The notes: a model not told the origin generated them from the sequence alone. A DNA stretch of 64,000 nt from Enoplolaimus lenunculus (GCA_030248215.1 JASANG010003525.1:434001-498000), one strand, 5' to 3'; positions 41,301 to 52,000 are shown, counted from the stretch's first letter. Made by a program: numbers and translations.

Positions 41301-44218
41301 GTAGGACGGACTCGAACCAACGCGCCTTTATCTGCAGCTTCGAATCCGTCTATTGCGGTCGCAACTGCGACCGGAGTACACGGACCCGCCGGTGGCTCAT
41401 TTGAAGATGTTTTATCGTTAAGTTGCACTTCGGCAGACGCCGTGCGTCGAGCGCTAGGTCCGGCACCGCTATCCTCAGGGTCTTTGGTGAAACGTGGAGG
41501 TGGCGGTCGCAGACCTCATCGTAACTCAGCGAATACTGGTGCTTCTGCAGCAGGACGAATTAAACCGTTTCGACGCGTGACGCTTGAAACAATTTTGTCT
41601 CCCAGGGCATTGATTCCGGAAGTGGACGTCGAGCGTGATGAAGCAACTGTCGTGGCAACGAGTAATGTGTTCCCTGGTCATACCCTCACTGCCCCGCCGC
41701 TTGTTGGGATAGTTCCGGTATTGTCGAACCCGACTGTATCCGATAATATTCAACATCTAAACGGTATGCGCATATCCGGTTCAGCTTCTGGTGATGTATT
41801 GGAAACTGACGATCATGGACTGGTTGTAGCGCAAGAAAGCGAACACGAAATTGGACAGACTACGATGGTTTGTGATCCACTTCTGACGTCGAATAAGCCA
41901 GAAATGGTGCATTTAGATGAGGTGAAATGAAAGGAATAGAAATGTTTTAGATGTGATATTCGTTCATAACAAGACCAGATCTTTGTTTTAAGCTCGGAAC
42001 CAGATGCTAGCGCATTCGGTTTTGAAATTTGTAAAAAATGTTTTAACAATAGGAGTTCTGAACATTATGGTGTCGCTGTTGCAGACACTACAGAGTTTTC
42101 ACGCCTGCGGAACTGTTGCAGTATGTAGGTGTTTGAACATTTTATCAAGTCAGTACGACGTGGTAACCTGACAGTATGCATTTTTGATGGGATGTTGGAA
42201 CAATATTCTGAATGCCGCATTACCGGAACAGCTTTGTGACCTTTTTAATATAAGAAAATCTTTGAAATCTTGACTTTATAGTTGCTGCAAATAGTGATTT
42301 TTGATGTTTTGATGTTTTTTGTCAGAAATCTCTTGAAAGTGCAATTATTGCCGCATCTATCGACGCAGCTGACGTGGCTGTCGCAGCGTTTAGCGACACA
42401 ACGGGCGCAAACGCTACGGCAGCGCTTCTTCGCACTTCACTTGACAGCGGTCCAGTCAAGCCGTTTCCAGATGTCCCACCGGAATTAATAGCCGCAGTGG
42501 CTGGGGCATCCACGTCTACAACAGCTGCTGCGGATCCGGTTCGTCATCAGAAATCGGAAATTGATCGGCAAGCGAGCATTCTTGAAACACAACGGATTCA
42601 ACGGGAGCAAGAAGAGTATACCAGGATGTTGACTGGAGGTCTGCTGCATGTGAGTTTAGCTTTAGCTCTGTTCTTGTAATATCTCATGGAAGCATAGTCG
42701 ATATGTTGGAAGAGGTGTTACGATGCATAAAAAGTTTGGAGGGCATTTTTATGTCATCAACTGAAAAAGCTCCCAAAATTCCATGGACATAAGTCAGCAG
42801 GGCGTTTGACCACAAAACCTACCTGACTATTTCGTTGTAATGTTTTGTGTTTACATCTCGGTTTTGAATTCGGTTTGGTGCTATTAAATAGCTTAGTTTA
42901 ATAGTGGATAAGTGAGGGGCTTGTGATCTAAAATCGCACCAGGAACCGGACTATATCATCAGTTTGTGATTGGTTGAACAGCTACAGTCGAACCAGGGTA
43001 GGTACTGCTATAATACGATTGCGCTTGTCTGTAGATTAGTAATAATTCACAAACGACATGCTTATGTTTTGACTGAAGCACTCAAGCAATGAGAATTATC
43101 GCCTGTTTTAGATGAGACTTGCTGTTCGTAGCTATTTTTGTTGATTTTAGCATCGCTTACGCAAAAATTCCGAGCAAATTGGTTTGCTTAGCATGACCGA
43201 ATTGACAGAAATGGGCCTTCACGATATCGACGATTATGCTCATTTGCTCGGCGAAAAATCACCACGAGGTGAACGCACACTTGAAGACTATGATCATACC
43301 AGTTCAGCCGAATCGTTCAGTTCACAACATCACGTTGAAGATGATAGCCGTATTCAAGTGAGCTATTTTCACATTGTCAAAACTAGGATATCGGTATTTA
43401 AAATGAAATGACATGGTTATGTTTTGGAAATACCAATGTTGCTGCATGTTTGAAATTCTGTTTTGGCTTATAATTTTTTAACAAACTGCGGTTCGCTATG
43501 TATGATATAGTTGAAATTGTTATTTTTTACCATTGTTATGATTATTAGTAATTTCCGGGTGGCGCAAGCTTCGGAAACTTTTCAATTAATATCGAAAAGC
43601 CTTTGGACAATGCCCAGAAATTTGTCTCGCTAACTCAGCAGTCACTCGGATAATTGGCATAATCGTTTGGTGTTTCATTTTTAGGACATAGCGCTTTATG
43701 TTGCGGCTAAAGATCAATCCGCACGGGTTGCAAAACGCGCTGAACGCGCCGAGCGTCATCTTGAATCACGTAGGCGGAAATGGCGTCGAAAACCAGGGAT
43801 CAACGACGATTCGATGTCTCCTGAAAGTTTGCGAGCATCAGCCGAGACAACCGATGTGAGCATGGATCCTGCGTTGACCGATCCCGGTCCTTCTTACACA
43901 ACCCAGTCGAAATCGGAGCAACTCGTGAGAAAGTCATCCGGGGTAAACTTGGCCCGTAGGCAAAAGTTTGCTGAAGAAAGCAATATTGTTGAGGGGCCTA
44001 GTGGGCTGTCAACCGCCGAGCCAGGGCTACACTTGCATGATGATAGAGGTACGCTAACTGAGCCAGGATTAGCGAACATTCGCTCGGTATCAGTTGATGG
44101 TGTCAATGCGGAACCCGCCAGAAATGTGGCACCCGTTGCTACGGTAACCAGAGTACGAACTAGCGACGATAAAAGCGAAGAATTTGTTGATGCAAGAGAG
44201 TCTGTAGGGGACGTTTAA
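23267..44218 (+). CDS. TRPM: TRPM-family (melastatin) cation channel, multi-exon gene, 5' end unresolved (~3050 aa from the first confident exon)
   Basis: 29 GT-AG exons with consistent phases (total 9156 nt, ending TAA at 44216-44218). Translation shows TRPM hallmarks: [15 protein letters not shown]...[106 protein letters not shown], pore [15 protein letters not shown]6 [17 protein letters not shown] box IWKYQRY and coiled coil LHDFEEECM. Confidence 0.96.
23372..23753. mobile_element. hAT-like MITE in a TRPM intron
   Basis: Ends TAGGGCTGTGCCGAT...ATCGGCGCAGTCCCTA; TSD GTTTTTAT/GTTGTTAT (7/8). Confidence 0.78.
24178..24427 (+). CDS. TRPM: TRPM exon (CGCGR...[20 protein letters not shown])
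   Basis: ttttag/gttggt; conserved MHR1 motif. Confidence 0.92.
25288..25501 (+). CDS. TRPM: TRPM exon (YVRLGFD...[10 protein letters not shown]...[11 protein letters not shown])
   Basis: ttacag/gtaagc; SLOG-domain motifs. Confidence 0.95.
25637..25767 (+). CDS. TRPM: TRPM exon (VVRHVASAL...TIGIAPWG)
   Basis: tttcag/gtgagt. Confidence 0.94.
25990..26161 (+). CDS. TRPM: TRPM exon ([22 protein letters not shown])
   Basis: tttcag/gtgaga. Confidence 0.94.
26480..26654 (+). CDS. TRPM: TRPM exon ([11 protein letters not shown]...[13 protein letters not shown])
   Basis: ttttag/gtaagc. Confidence 0.94.
26808..26931 (+). CDS. TRPM: TRPM exon ([18 protein letters not shown])
   Basis: gtttag/gtatgt. 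Confidence 0.9.
27331..27504 (+). CDS. TRPM: TRPM exon (ITVYR...[20 protein letters not shown])
   Basis: ttttag/gttagt. Confidence 0.94.
27878..28012 (+). CDS. TRPM: TRPM exon ([22 protein letters not shown])
   Basis: ttacag/gtaaat. Confidence 0.94.
28323..28565 (+). CDS. TRPM: TRPM exon (DKGPT...[13 protein letters not shown]...polyQ)
   Basis: ttgcag/gtacgc. Confidence 0.92.
28708..28780 (+). CDS. TRPM: TRPM linker exon ([24 protein letters not shown])
   Basis: ttttag/gtaagc; needed to restore phase between the flanking exons. Confidence 0.8.
29054..29199 (+). CDS. TRPM: TRPM exon ([14 protein letters not shown]...GEEALAK)
   Basis: ttttag/gtagtt. Confidence 0.94.
29393..29490 (+). CDS. 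TRPM: TRPM exon ([15 protein letters not shown])
   Basis: ttttag/gtacgt. Confidence 0.92.
29823..30051 (+). CDS. TRPM: TRPM exon ([18 protein letters not shown]...LADLWHGGL)
   Basis: ttatag/gtatta. Confidence 0.94.
30595..30694 (+). CDS. TRPM: TRPM exon, pre-S1 ([32 protein letters not shown])
   Basis: ttatag/gtacgc. Confidence 0.92.
31030..31392 (+). CDS. TRPM: TRPM exon, Ser/Gly-rich pre-S1 insert 1
   Basis: tatcag/gtaaga; GC-rich open frame, phase-compatible. Confidence 0.82.
31720..32183 (+). CDS. TRPM: TRPM exon, low-complexity pre-S1 insert 2
   Basis: ttgcag/gtaggt; open frame, phase-compatible. Confidence 0.8.
32621..33030 (+). CDS. TRPM: TRPM exon, low-complexity pre-S1 insert 3
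   Basis: gtttag/gtaagt; open frame, phase-compatible. Confidence 0.8.
33392..33503 (+). CDS. TRPM: TRPM exon ([21 protein letters not shown], start of S1)
   Basis: ttttag/gtaagt. Confidence 0.93.
33985..34113 (+). CDS. TRPM: TRPM exon (S1-S2)
   Basis: tttcag/gtatga; [15 protein letters not shown]...[18 protein letters not shown]. Confidence 0.93.
35169..35417 (+). CDS. TRPM: TRPM exon (S3-S4 and linker [15 protein letters not shown])
   Basis: ttttag/gtaagg. Confidence 0.94.
35730..35904 (+). CDS. TRPM: TRPM exon (S5, pore helix, filter [10 protein letters not shown])
   Basis: tttcag/gtaagt. Confidence 0.95.
35938..36305. mobile_element. MITE-like element rich in CTTAAG/ACTTA
   Basis: Ends GGCTGTGTTTCT...AGAAACCCAGCC; partial duplication follows at ~36329-36434. 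Confidence 0.6.
36717..36834 (+). CDS. TRPM: TRPM exon (outer-pore Cys pair and S6)
   Basis: ttttag/gtgaga; [38 protein letters not shown]. Confidence 0.95.
37221..37420 (+). CDS. TRPM: TRPM exon (TRP box [17 protein letters not shown])
   Basis: tcacag/gtaagc. Confidence 0.95.
38114..38246 (+). CDS. TRPM: TRPM exon ([19 protein letters not shown])
   Basis: tttcag/gtaagt. Confidence 0.94.
38528..41921 (+). CDS. TRPM: TRPM giant exon (3394 nt): tetramerisation coiled coil, then ~1,090 aa S/T/A/P-rich tail
   Basis: tttcag acceptor in phase with the preceding exon; lies within the 1161-aa ORF 38445..41930; GAG|gtgaaa donor in phase with the exon at 42326. Confidence 0.88.
42326..42649 (+). CDS. 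TRPM: TRPM C-terminal exon (KSLESAII...[18 protein letters not shown])
   Basis: tgtcag/gtgagt, phase 0. Confidence 0.8.
43151..43357 (+). CDS. TRPM: TRPM C-terminal exon ([11 protein letters not shown]...)
   Basis: ttttag/gtgagc, phase 0. Confidence 0.8.
43685..44218 (+). CDS. TRPM: TRPM last coding exon (ends ...ESVGDV*)
   Basis: ttttag acceptor, open frame to TAA at 44216-44218. Confidence 0.8.
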   Translation, partial: DIALYVAAKDQSARVAKRAERAERHLESRRRKWRRKPGINDDSMSPESLRASAETTDVSMDPALTDPGPSYTTQSKSEQLVRKSSGVNLARRQKFAEESNIVEGPSGLSTAEPGLHLHDDRGTLTEPGLANIRSVSVDGVNAEPARNVAPVATVTRVRTSDDKSEEFVDARESVGDV

Positions 44219-46029
44219 AACACACGGAAATCATTGGTAGTCCGGAGCTGTATTTTATTGCAGGATGTACAATAGATGTTAGATATTTTGTTACAGGGAT
44301 ACTAACGGGAGTGCACCGTTAAGGGGGGTTTCAGAATGGTTTTGCTTCTGACAGATCATGCTGTTGAAATCGCATGAGCTGATGTTGAGAAAATTGTTTC
44401 TATATTCGGTATGTGCACCTCGCACTGGATGTAATTACCGCGAGCTGTAGTTCTTTGATTTTTGTGGTTCGGGGTGTAGTTGTGCGCTTGAAATGGCACC
44501 CGAATGAACGTATTGTCGTTAATATAAGCTTCAAATCTTTCATTTTGTGTTACAAGAATTATTTCAAAGCTGTGTGGTTTTTGGAATTTTGGTGATCGAA
44601 GTTTACGATAGACTCGTCATCAGAGTAATGTTGGTCCTAGGTATTGTTGCATAGCTTTGAATTCTGCCAGCGCAGTTGATGTTGGCTTTCCTCAACTACG
44701 ACAGAATCCAATGTTATATATTACTGTATTTTCGAATATGCAGCTTAATTTTATTTGTTGGTGTCGTACGTTTTACATGTTTGACCGTTTACTTTATTCT
44801 GCATGAGCTTATTGTATAGCGACTTTAATATTTTTGTTTTTGGTAGGAAGATATGCAAATTTAGACATTATGCATCGTTCACAATGAAAAATTTCATTTT
44901 GCAACCGAACCGAAAACGCTATCAGGTATGGTTCTTAACACGTATCAAATTTCAAAATTGTCGTGCGTTAATCCTACTATAACGCAAAAACTGCTTTCTT
45001 TAACGCTACTTTAACGCATGTTGCAAAATGCTGTGGTGACATGTACTTAGGGTAGGGCTGTGACACATGTTAGGGCAGGATTAACGCGATTTTTGCGTTA
45101 AGGAAGGGTTTACGCATGACAATTTTAAAGACTGACACGTGTTAACTCAATCTTACAGTATTTTCGATGGCAAAATCCAATTTTTATTGTCAACGATGTG
45201 GATTATGCAATATTTTAGCTTTTTGTTTGTCCATTGAAGAAATTGGGCCAACTTAAATAAGTACGCAGCACGATGATTGGAGCGTTATTTTTAATGCGTC
45301 GGTTACATTGGTTTCTACTGGCTCTCTGTCTTGTACACATGTACCTTTCCCCAATTTAGCTTAGGTTTATGAAATGCACTACGTATGCCTAAGCCTTTGC
45401 CTAAGCCTAATGCTTCGACCTTGGAGAGAAATGTACAGGAGCCTTTTTGTTTTTCTTTAGCATCTTCCTCCGTACAGTTTTGAACATCATTTTTAAGGAT
45501 TTAGCAGAAAGAAATCTAAATTTGTGTTTGAAAACATAAAACTAGCGTTTATGTTTTCAGTATATGGAATTTGTTAAGCTGTAGTCTTCGAGCTTCCGGC
45601 CAGTTAAACATTATTACTTCATGTCTGTCTAATGTCCATAACGAATTTACACTCTTAAAAATAAAGAACGATATATCCCTTTCTGATTTTGAAAATATTT
45701 GGAAATTTCAATTTCAGTTGCTGTAATAATTTTCGATTGTACCGTAATTTTGATATTTTAATTTTTAATACTAATTTTGATCCCACGGCAATGGTTCAAA
45801 TCAGCAACGAGTAGCTTCAAATATACATTTTGCGCAATATGTTTTTATTGTAAATTATCTCGTTTTTGCGTAGGTTATTTTGTTGTCGTTAATGCCATAT
45901 GCAAATAACCGGTGGATAATGTATTTAATTTATCGGTCAGTATTTGATCGATTTCATTGGTTTTATATAAATGTTGCGTATTTTGTGTTGTACCGTATAA
46001 CCTGTGTACCGCACGGCTATTGCACTGTG

Positions 46030-46272
46030 CTGCCAATGTATAGAACAAGGTTGTAACAGTAGGATAACCAAATTCCTATTCTGCCAATGGATAGAACAAA
46101 GTGGTAACAGTAGTATAACTGTATTCCTAAACGTAAGCCCAAGTCTAAACCTAAGCGTAAAAATGAGCTTATACCTAACCCTAAGCCAAAGCAAAAAATA
46201 GTCTAAAGCTTAATAAGCATATTGTATTGTAGTTCCAGAAAAACGTTCCGCTCCTGAGCTTTACGTGGGCCC
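46030..46272. mobile_element. TTAGGC-MITE copy (inverted, one end duplicated)
   Basis: gccaatgtatagaacaagg end duplicated at ~46083; cctaag hexamers. Confidence 0.7.
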
Positions 46273-47623
46273 ACCCTTCAGTACGTGCTGCCCAAATATA
46301 CACAATGTGTACAATAGAACTCAAACCTTGAGCTGTTGTACATTTTTCTCAAATTTAAGGTTTAGGTTTAGGTCAAGGATTAGACAAAGGAAAGCCTTTT
46401 CCAAAGCCTAAGCTTGCAGGAGGTAAGTGGTCAAGGCCCAAGCCTTGGACTATACAGTGGTTTGCTACGTTTCCTCGACCTGTACTGGACATGCAATTGT
46501 TTATTAGCGGTGTAAAGCTGACTTGTACTATGCAACAATACAAAAGTTTCTAGTATCACAATCAATATTCGATTTAAAAATGGATCTTGTTTTCCTAAGG
46601 CTAAGCCTAAGCCTAATCCTAAGCTTCCCAAACTGAGGCTGACCGATGGGTTGGTACCTGTGATTACGTGGGCCTAAATCAATACATAGTTGCCCCGCTT
46701 ACGTAAATTATCATTGATGCATGGTCGTTTGGAAACAGAAGTATCTACAGGTCAACGAAGAACAGTAAAAATGCAGTAAACATGTACTTACTTCGAAATT
46801 AAAATACGACGCTTGCTACTCGCCATGGTCAGCTGTACACGAATCCCGCAGTTGTTTGTTAAATATTCATATTGCGATGCTATTTTTTATATAATTTACG
46901 GTGATTTCAATAGTATTCCGCTGTTGCTTCTATTATATGAGCACCGGCAGTTTGGAAAAAAATTTTCTGAACGTTTCCGAAGATGGGCAGTTACGGTGTT
47001 AAATTTGCGAAGTTTTGCCAATTTTGTTTTGTGTTTTTCACTTAAAATTTGAATTTTGGCGAATTCTGATATTTTGAACTTTTTACGTTAGTATTTTTTT
47101 CGGTGTAGTTTTGTTTATTTTACAAGTTTTAGAGCATCGCTTAATAAAGTATTGGTGGTGCACTGTTATCTTTTTATCTAACGGAAACTCAAACCCCAAC
47201 CCATTATTAAGTATGTGTTCTTTACATTCTTGGTCAGGTAAAGGTATAACTGGTATGATTTAAACGAATAAAATGAAATGTTCTAGTGTGAGGCATTGAG
47301 CGTTTAGGCAGTTTAGTCATGAACGAGATAACTTGACCTCGTGTTAATTTACATTTGGATATATGTAAACCTAGCGACCGGAAATGTTACATGAAAATAA
47401 CACTGAGTGAGTATGCTTTTTACTCCGGTCATGTTGCAGGTAAAGATAAAGCTTTATGGCATGGTATACCATGAAAACTAAGTATTGCAAGACAGCTTCG
47501 TTGTGTTTAGCTCAGCTCATGAGATCTGTGAGTATATGCGGTGTAGCTTGTGTATGTGCACAGTGTGTAATGTTAAGACACATACATACTCGTGCACATA
47601 TAGCACCAGAGAACTAAGATATC

Positions 47624-47696
47624 GGCCGCGTGGTGTAATGGGTAGCGCGCTTGACTCGCGAGCGAGAGGTCCGAGGTTCGATTCCCGGCGTGGCCA
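47624..47696 (+). ncRNA. tRNA-like unit, family B (CGC = Ala at the anticodon position); tRNA pseudogene or SINE head
   Basis: 7-bp acceptor stem GGCCGCG/CGTGGCC with discriminator A; D stem GTGT/GCGC; loop CT-CGC-GA; T loop TTCGATT; T stem needs a bulge. Confidence 0.6.
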
Positions 47697-47961
47697 TATC
47701 TTTCGGAGAAATTTAGGAGAAAAATAAAATATATTCGCAGTACTTCGGAGGAAGGGGTCGTCCCGACCGTGCAGTTCTGACATGGAGGTCCCACCGAGAC
47801 GGGCACTGCAAACAGCAAGCCCATGGATTCGGGTAGTTGTATTCACGGTCCGGGACGACGGCCTGTAAAAAAGGGATGTCGGTATATGTGCACGTAAAGT
47901 GTATGTAAAGCAAATGTTGCCATGCCTGTGCACATATACCTGTATAAGAAGTTGTTGCAAC

Positions 47962-48033
47962 GACCGCGTGGTGTAGTGGAAGCATGCTTGGCTCGAGCGC
48001 AAGAGGGCCGAGGTTCGATTTCCGGCGTGGTCA
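47962..48033 (+). ncRNA. tRNA-like unit, family B (CGA at the anticodon position)
   Basis: GACCGCG/CGTGGTC stem, A and B boxes; flanks match the 20178 copy. Confidence 0.6.
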
Positions 48034-48084
48034 TTAGCTTTGGCAAAACTTCAAACAGGGGTCGTGCAGACCGCAATTGATTGT

Positions 48085-48234
48085 GAGGCGGCGTGGCCCA
48101 GTGGATAGCGCGCTGGACTGAAAAATCTGTCGACCGAGTTCGAAACCAATTGGGAGCGTCCCTCATTTTCAGCTGCTAAGAACTAAAAACTGAAAAACTG
48201 TCGTACCCTAGCCTACCCAACTTATCACAAGATC
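48085..48234 (+). mobile_element. tRNA-related SINE-like unit, family C
   Basis: Paralogue of 2094-2233; directly follows the family B tail. Confidence 0.75.
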
Positions 48235-48965
48235 TAAAACATAGTTTATGCTAAAAATAGCTGGGTAGAACAGGGGTTCTGCCTCCGGCTACGGTAGAAA
48301 ATCGGCCCCTAGCTTTAGGCTCCGGTTCAATTTTTGCCGGAGGTTCCGGCAAGTTCGGTAGTAAAATTTTGCAAAATTTATCTGTTGTGCGCGTTCGTTT
48401 CACTTTTGTCACAATTTTCGGAAAAGAATTTCTGAAAATTTGCCGAAAATTAGCATAAAAAAATCAAGCAAGTTAACAACATATTAGAGATATTGGCTAA
48501 AATTAACTAATTAACTATCATTTTTACTACCTCGTTTCGCCTCATCTCCGGCTCCGGCAAGTTTCGTTGAACTCCGGCTCCGGCATTCTTCACCTCTGGT
48601 TGCACCCTGCAAAATGGCTATGAATTTTATAAATATCTCGCAATTTTTAATACAGATATCTTGCAATCTCTGCATCTGCTATTTTTTCTTTAAAACTTTA
48701 CAAAGCCCGGTGAATATTTTACATTCCTCAATTGAATTGCCAAAAAATTTAGCATTGCTGAGACTTTGATACTTCAATATCCGTTTTTCGTTTTCTTCAT
48801 TTTGAACAGTATCATTTTCCGTTTTTTGTAGCCCCTACCGGTTTTTACGCCGTGGCTTTAATACTTTTTAAATTCAGGATAGAATTTTTGCTTAATTACG
48901 AAAATGAAACGTTGATAAGTCTATTTTTTATTTAAGTGCAAAAAAGCGTTAATTAAATTATACGT

Positions 48966-49096
48966 TTAAATCAAAGTAGAAATTTGTTCAAGAAGCACCG
49001 ACGCGGCTGGAAGGAATTCGTGCTTCCATATAGCTTCGATATGATTACGCAATTCTTGGGATGCTTCAGCAGGCAAACTATCCAAGCAGCCACAGT
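48966..49096 (-). CDS. ARMC2: ARMC2-like last exon (…IWKHEFLPAASVLLEQISTLI*)
   Basis: ttttag acceptor; TAA at 48968-48966. Confidence 0.9.
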
Positions 49097-52000
49097 CTAA
49101 AATTAAGTACGTGAGCAAATATTTTGTTTACAAATGTGACTGTTAGTCATTTTTTATCGATTAAGTGCAGTTTAACCTCGATTTACAATGGCTGGAGCAG
49201 TTAACTCGTACTCAGACCATAAAACCTGTCATGTGGGTACGTTTAGGTATCGCATGTATTCTTCCTAAAAAGTCTATAGCTTTTAGAGGTAGATTTCTCG
49301 CGGAGCTGGGCGAAGCCCAATGGCGGATCCATGGGGAGGCCACCCCGGCCGTGGGCCCCCTCCCCAACAGCTATTTCTCTGTTTTATGTACAATAGTATA
49401 AGCACGCTTTAGCGTTTCGAACTCACCTTTATTTGGCCCTGGATCGTTTATGCGCTACTATTAGCGATAATAGACGTTTATGGACCCTAACAAGGGTTTA
49501 AGGACTCTACCCGCTTTCGGACTCTTATTAGGGATACGGACTCCTATTAATTGGGACCCAAAATGGGGATCCCCCACTTATTTCTGTCACTACAGTATGG
49601 GTCAAAAATAAGTTTATTGCCTGTGAAATTTTGCCCCCCTCTATTTTGAGATCCTGGATCCGCCACTGGCGAAGCCACCTGCCAACTCTTTGTCTACGTA
49701 CTTAATCATTCGAACTATATATGACAACTTCATGTATTATATTTTAAATCTCCGACCCAGCCCGTAACCACTACTTATGTGACTTGAATAAGAAGAGTGG
49801 ACTGATATTTATTTGACCTCTTCAGAAGGTACGTTATTCGGTTACGGACTGTTATTAATTTTTAATCCGCCCTTCGTTACTGCTATATATTCGGTATTGA
49901 AACTGTCCATTGTATTAAACGTTTATTTATCTTGTATTAAACCTTGAGCGATAATGCAAGGTTATACTTAAAAATGTACTTTCAAAACTAAGTATGCTTT
50001 AACGTTTCGAACCCAATTCTATTTGGAGCTGGAGTCATTTATGTACTACAATTTGGGATAAGAGACATTTATAGACTAATTAGGGTTTAGGAAATCTATC
50101 CGCTTACGGAATCTTATTAGTGATACGAACACTCCAACTGACTGACACTCAAAATGGGACCGCGTCTTATTACCCCCCTTATTCGAGTCATACAGTAGAA
50201 ATTTTTCAACCTTGCTTGTTAAAGTCACTGAAAACGCTAGTATGTCCCTCTTGAAAAACTTTTAGCCCTCCTAGCAAGGTGAGCTGGCTATGGGCCCGCA
50301 CTTACCCAGCATCGCCAGCACCGTTTTTGCCACTGTCGCCAACGACTGTGTTCTGTTCGCCGTCAAATTATCAACCAGCGATTGATGATTTAAAACATTC
50401 GAAATTGTTTTTAAAATTAGCGTCAGAATGAACCAGTTTGGCGGCTGATACAATTCGACCAGTTCAACTAAGTTGTCCCAATCGAGTTGTTTGTCAACTA
50501 AACTTTGAGCAACTTTCTCGTCTTGACTCATGTTTATGAGCACTCCGATACATGTGACTACAAGCGCTGCATTGATTGGATTGCTCGAGTGCTGCTCTGG
50601 GAGTTGAGTTGTGTTGTGATGGTTGCCGTATGACAGTAGCGATAGCAATTTGCTGTGTGCTAAAATGAATGATCGCATAACACGGCGTTAAAGATTGTAT
50701 CTCTAACGTTTGTGAAATGTACCAGGCGTCAAATCAACTTTTAGTTGTTGCAGTTCAAAGATTTGGTGATGGGCAAAAGATAATTGCAAACAAATGATTT
50801 CTAAAATTAACGAGTATCCGTAAGCATGGGCGTAGCCAGTATTTTGTTTGGGGGCTCTCAAATACTTTAAATATATAGTGTATTAATCGTACAGAAACAG
50901 CCACCGCACGCACACAATAAGGCGTGAGAAAAATTTTGTTGCATATACCACCAAAGCAATGTCGGTCCAGAATACAAAAATACCAACAACTAGTGTGTGT
51001 GTATGACACCCAAAACACGAAATCATAGTTTCAATTTATTCAAAAATGAAATTTTTCAAAACCATTTGGGGACCATGGCCCCCTTGGCTTCCCATGGCTA
51101 AACAATCTACCCGCAGGTAGCAAACTACTGATAACGTGGGTTACGCGGGGTGGTTTTAAAGTTTGCTGTACCTTTCATTTGACACAGCCATTCTGTTACT
51201 GTATCGCTTTGTGACAAATTTGACAAAACGTCTACTGCTTCCAAGACACACTTTGATGACGTGTCTGCTGTTGAAACAATATCGAATACTGCTAAAAATA
51301 ACAATGGTAAAATTGTTTACTTTTTGAATGTGAACAGTATGCGGAGCTAAAATAGACGCACCTCCTTGGGTTGCTAGTGCCTAACTTTTATTAACATTTT
51401 GCCATCACATCAACACAACATTCCCATTCATAAATTTTCGGAGTTTGGGCCAATGTAAAAAACAGGGGCGGAACATTATGATAAGCTTATTCCTAAGCCT
51501 AAGTCTAAGCGTAAGAATGAGTTTATTTTTAAGCCTATGCCTAAGCCTAAGCGTAAGCCTAAACCTAAGCCTAAGCGTAAGAATGAGTTTATTCCTAAGC
51601 CTAAGCCTAGCCTAAGCAAAGCAAAAAATAGTCTAAAGCTAGAAAAACGTTCCGCCCGTGATCTTTGCATGGACCGGAGTTTGAAACAAAATCCTATGGG
51701 CGATCCTGAACAACTTAGCCCCTCCATCGAATACCAAGCAATAATTCTTCGTGGATCTGTAAGTTCCGAACGTATTTGTTCGAATACGCTTATAAATTTT
51801 TTACTAATATGTATCTATCCATCGCTGTATATTGCGTAAAGCCGCGTTTCAAATATCGGATGAACACAAAACCGTGCTACAACTATTAATACTTCAATAT
51901 TGCGGGTAATTTTGAAATTATTTACTTTTCAGTTGATTTCATGTGATGAAATATATTGGAATTTGATTTTTGAACGATGAAATTTGTAATATATTTAAAA

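Noticed and set aside
38445..41930. Stand-alone 1161-aa gene
   Set aside because: The ORF start is a non-ATG codon in intronic sequence. The region from 38528 continues the TRPM coiled coil in phase through a canonical acceptor.
38528..44218. TRPM6/7 alpha-kinase or TRPM2 NUDT9H domain
   Set aside because: No recognisable kinase or NUDIX motifs; the sequence is low-complexity throughout.
47624..47696. Bona fide tRNA-Ala(CGC) gene
   Set aside because: Mismatch at the base of the anticodon stem, a bulged T stem, and membership of a dispersed family with shared flanks. Kept as tRNA-like; a tRNAscan-SE score would decide.
51490..51615. True telomere or chromosome-fusion scar
   Set aside because: Short, degenerate and bounded by MITE termini shared with other copies.
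51476..51839. PKPK- or LGLG-repeat ORFs
   Set aside because: Translation of TTAGGC hexamers inside a MITE in an ARMC2 intron.
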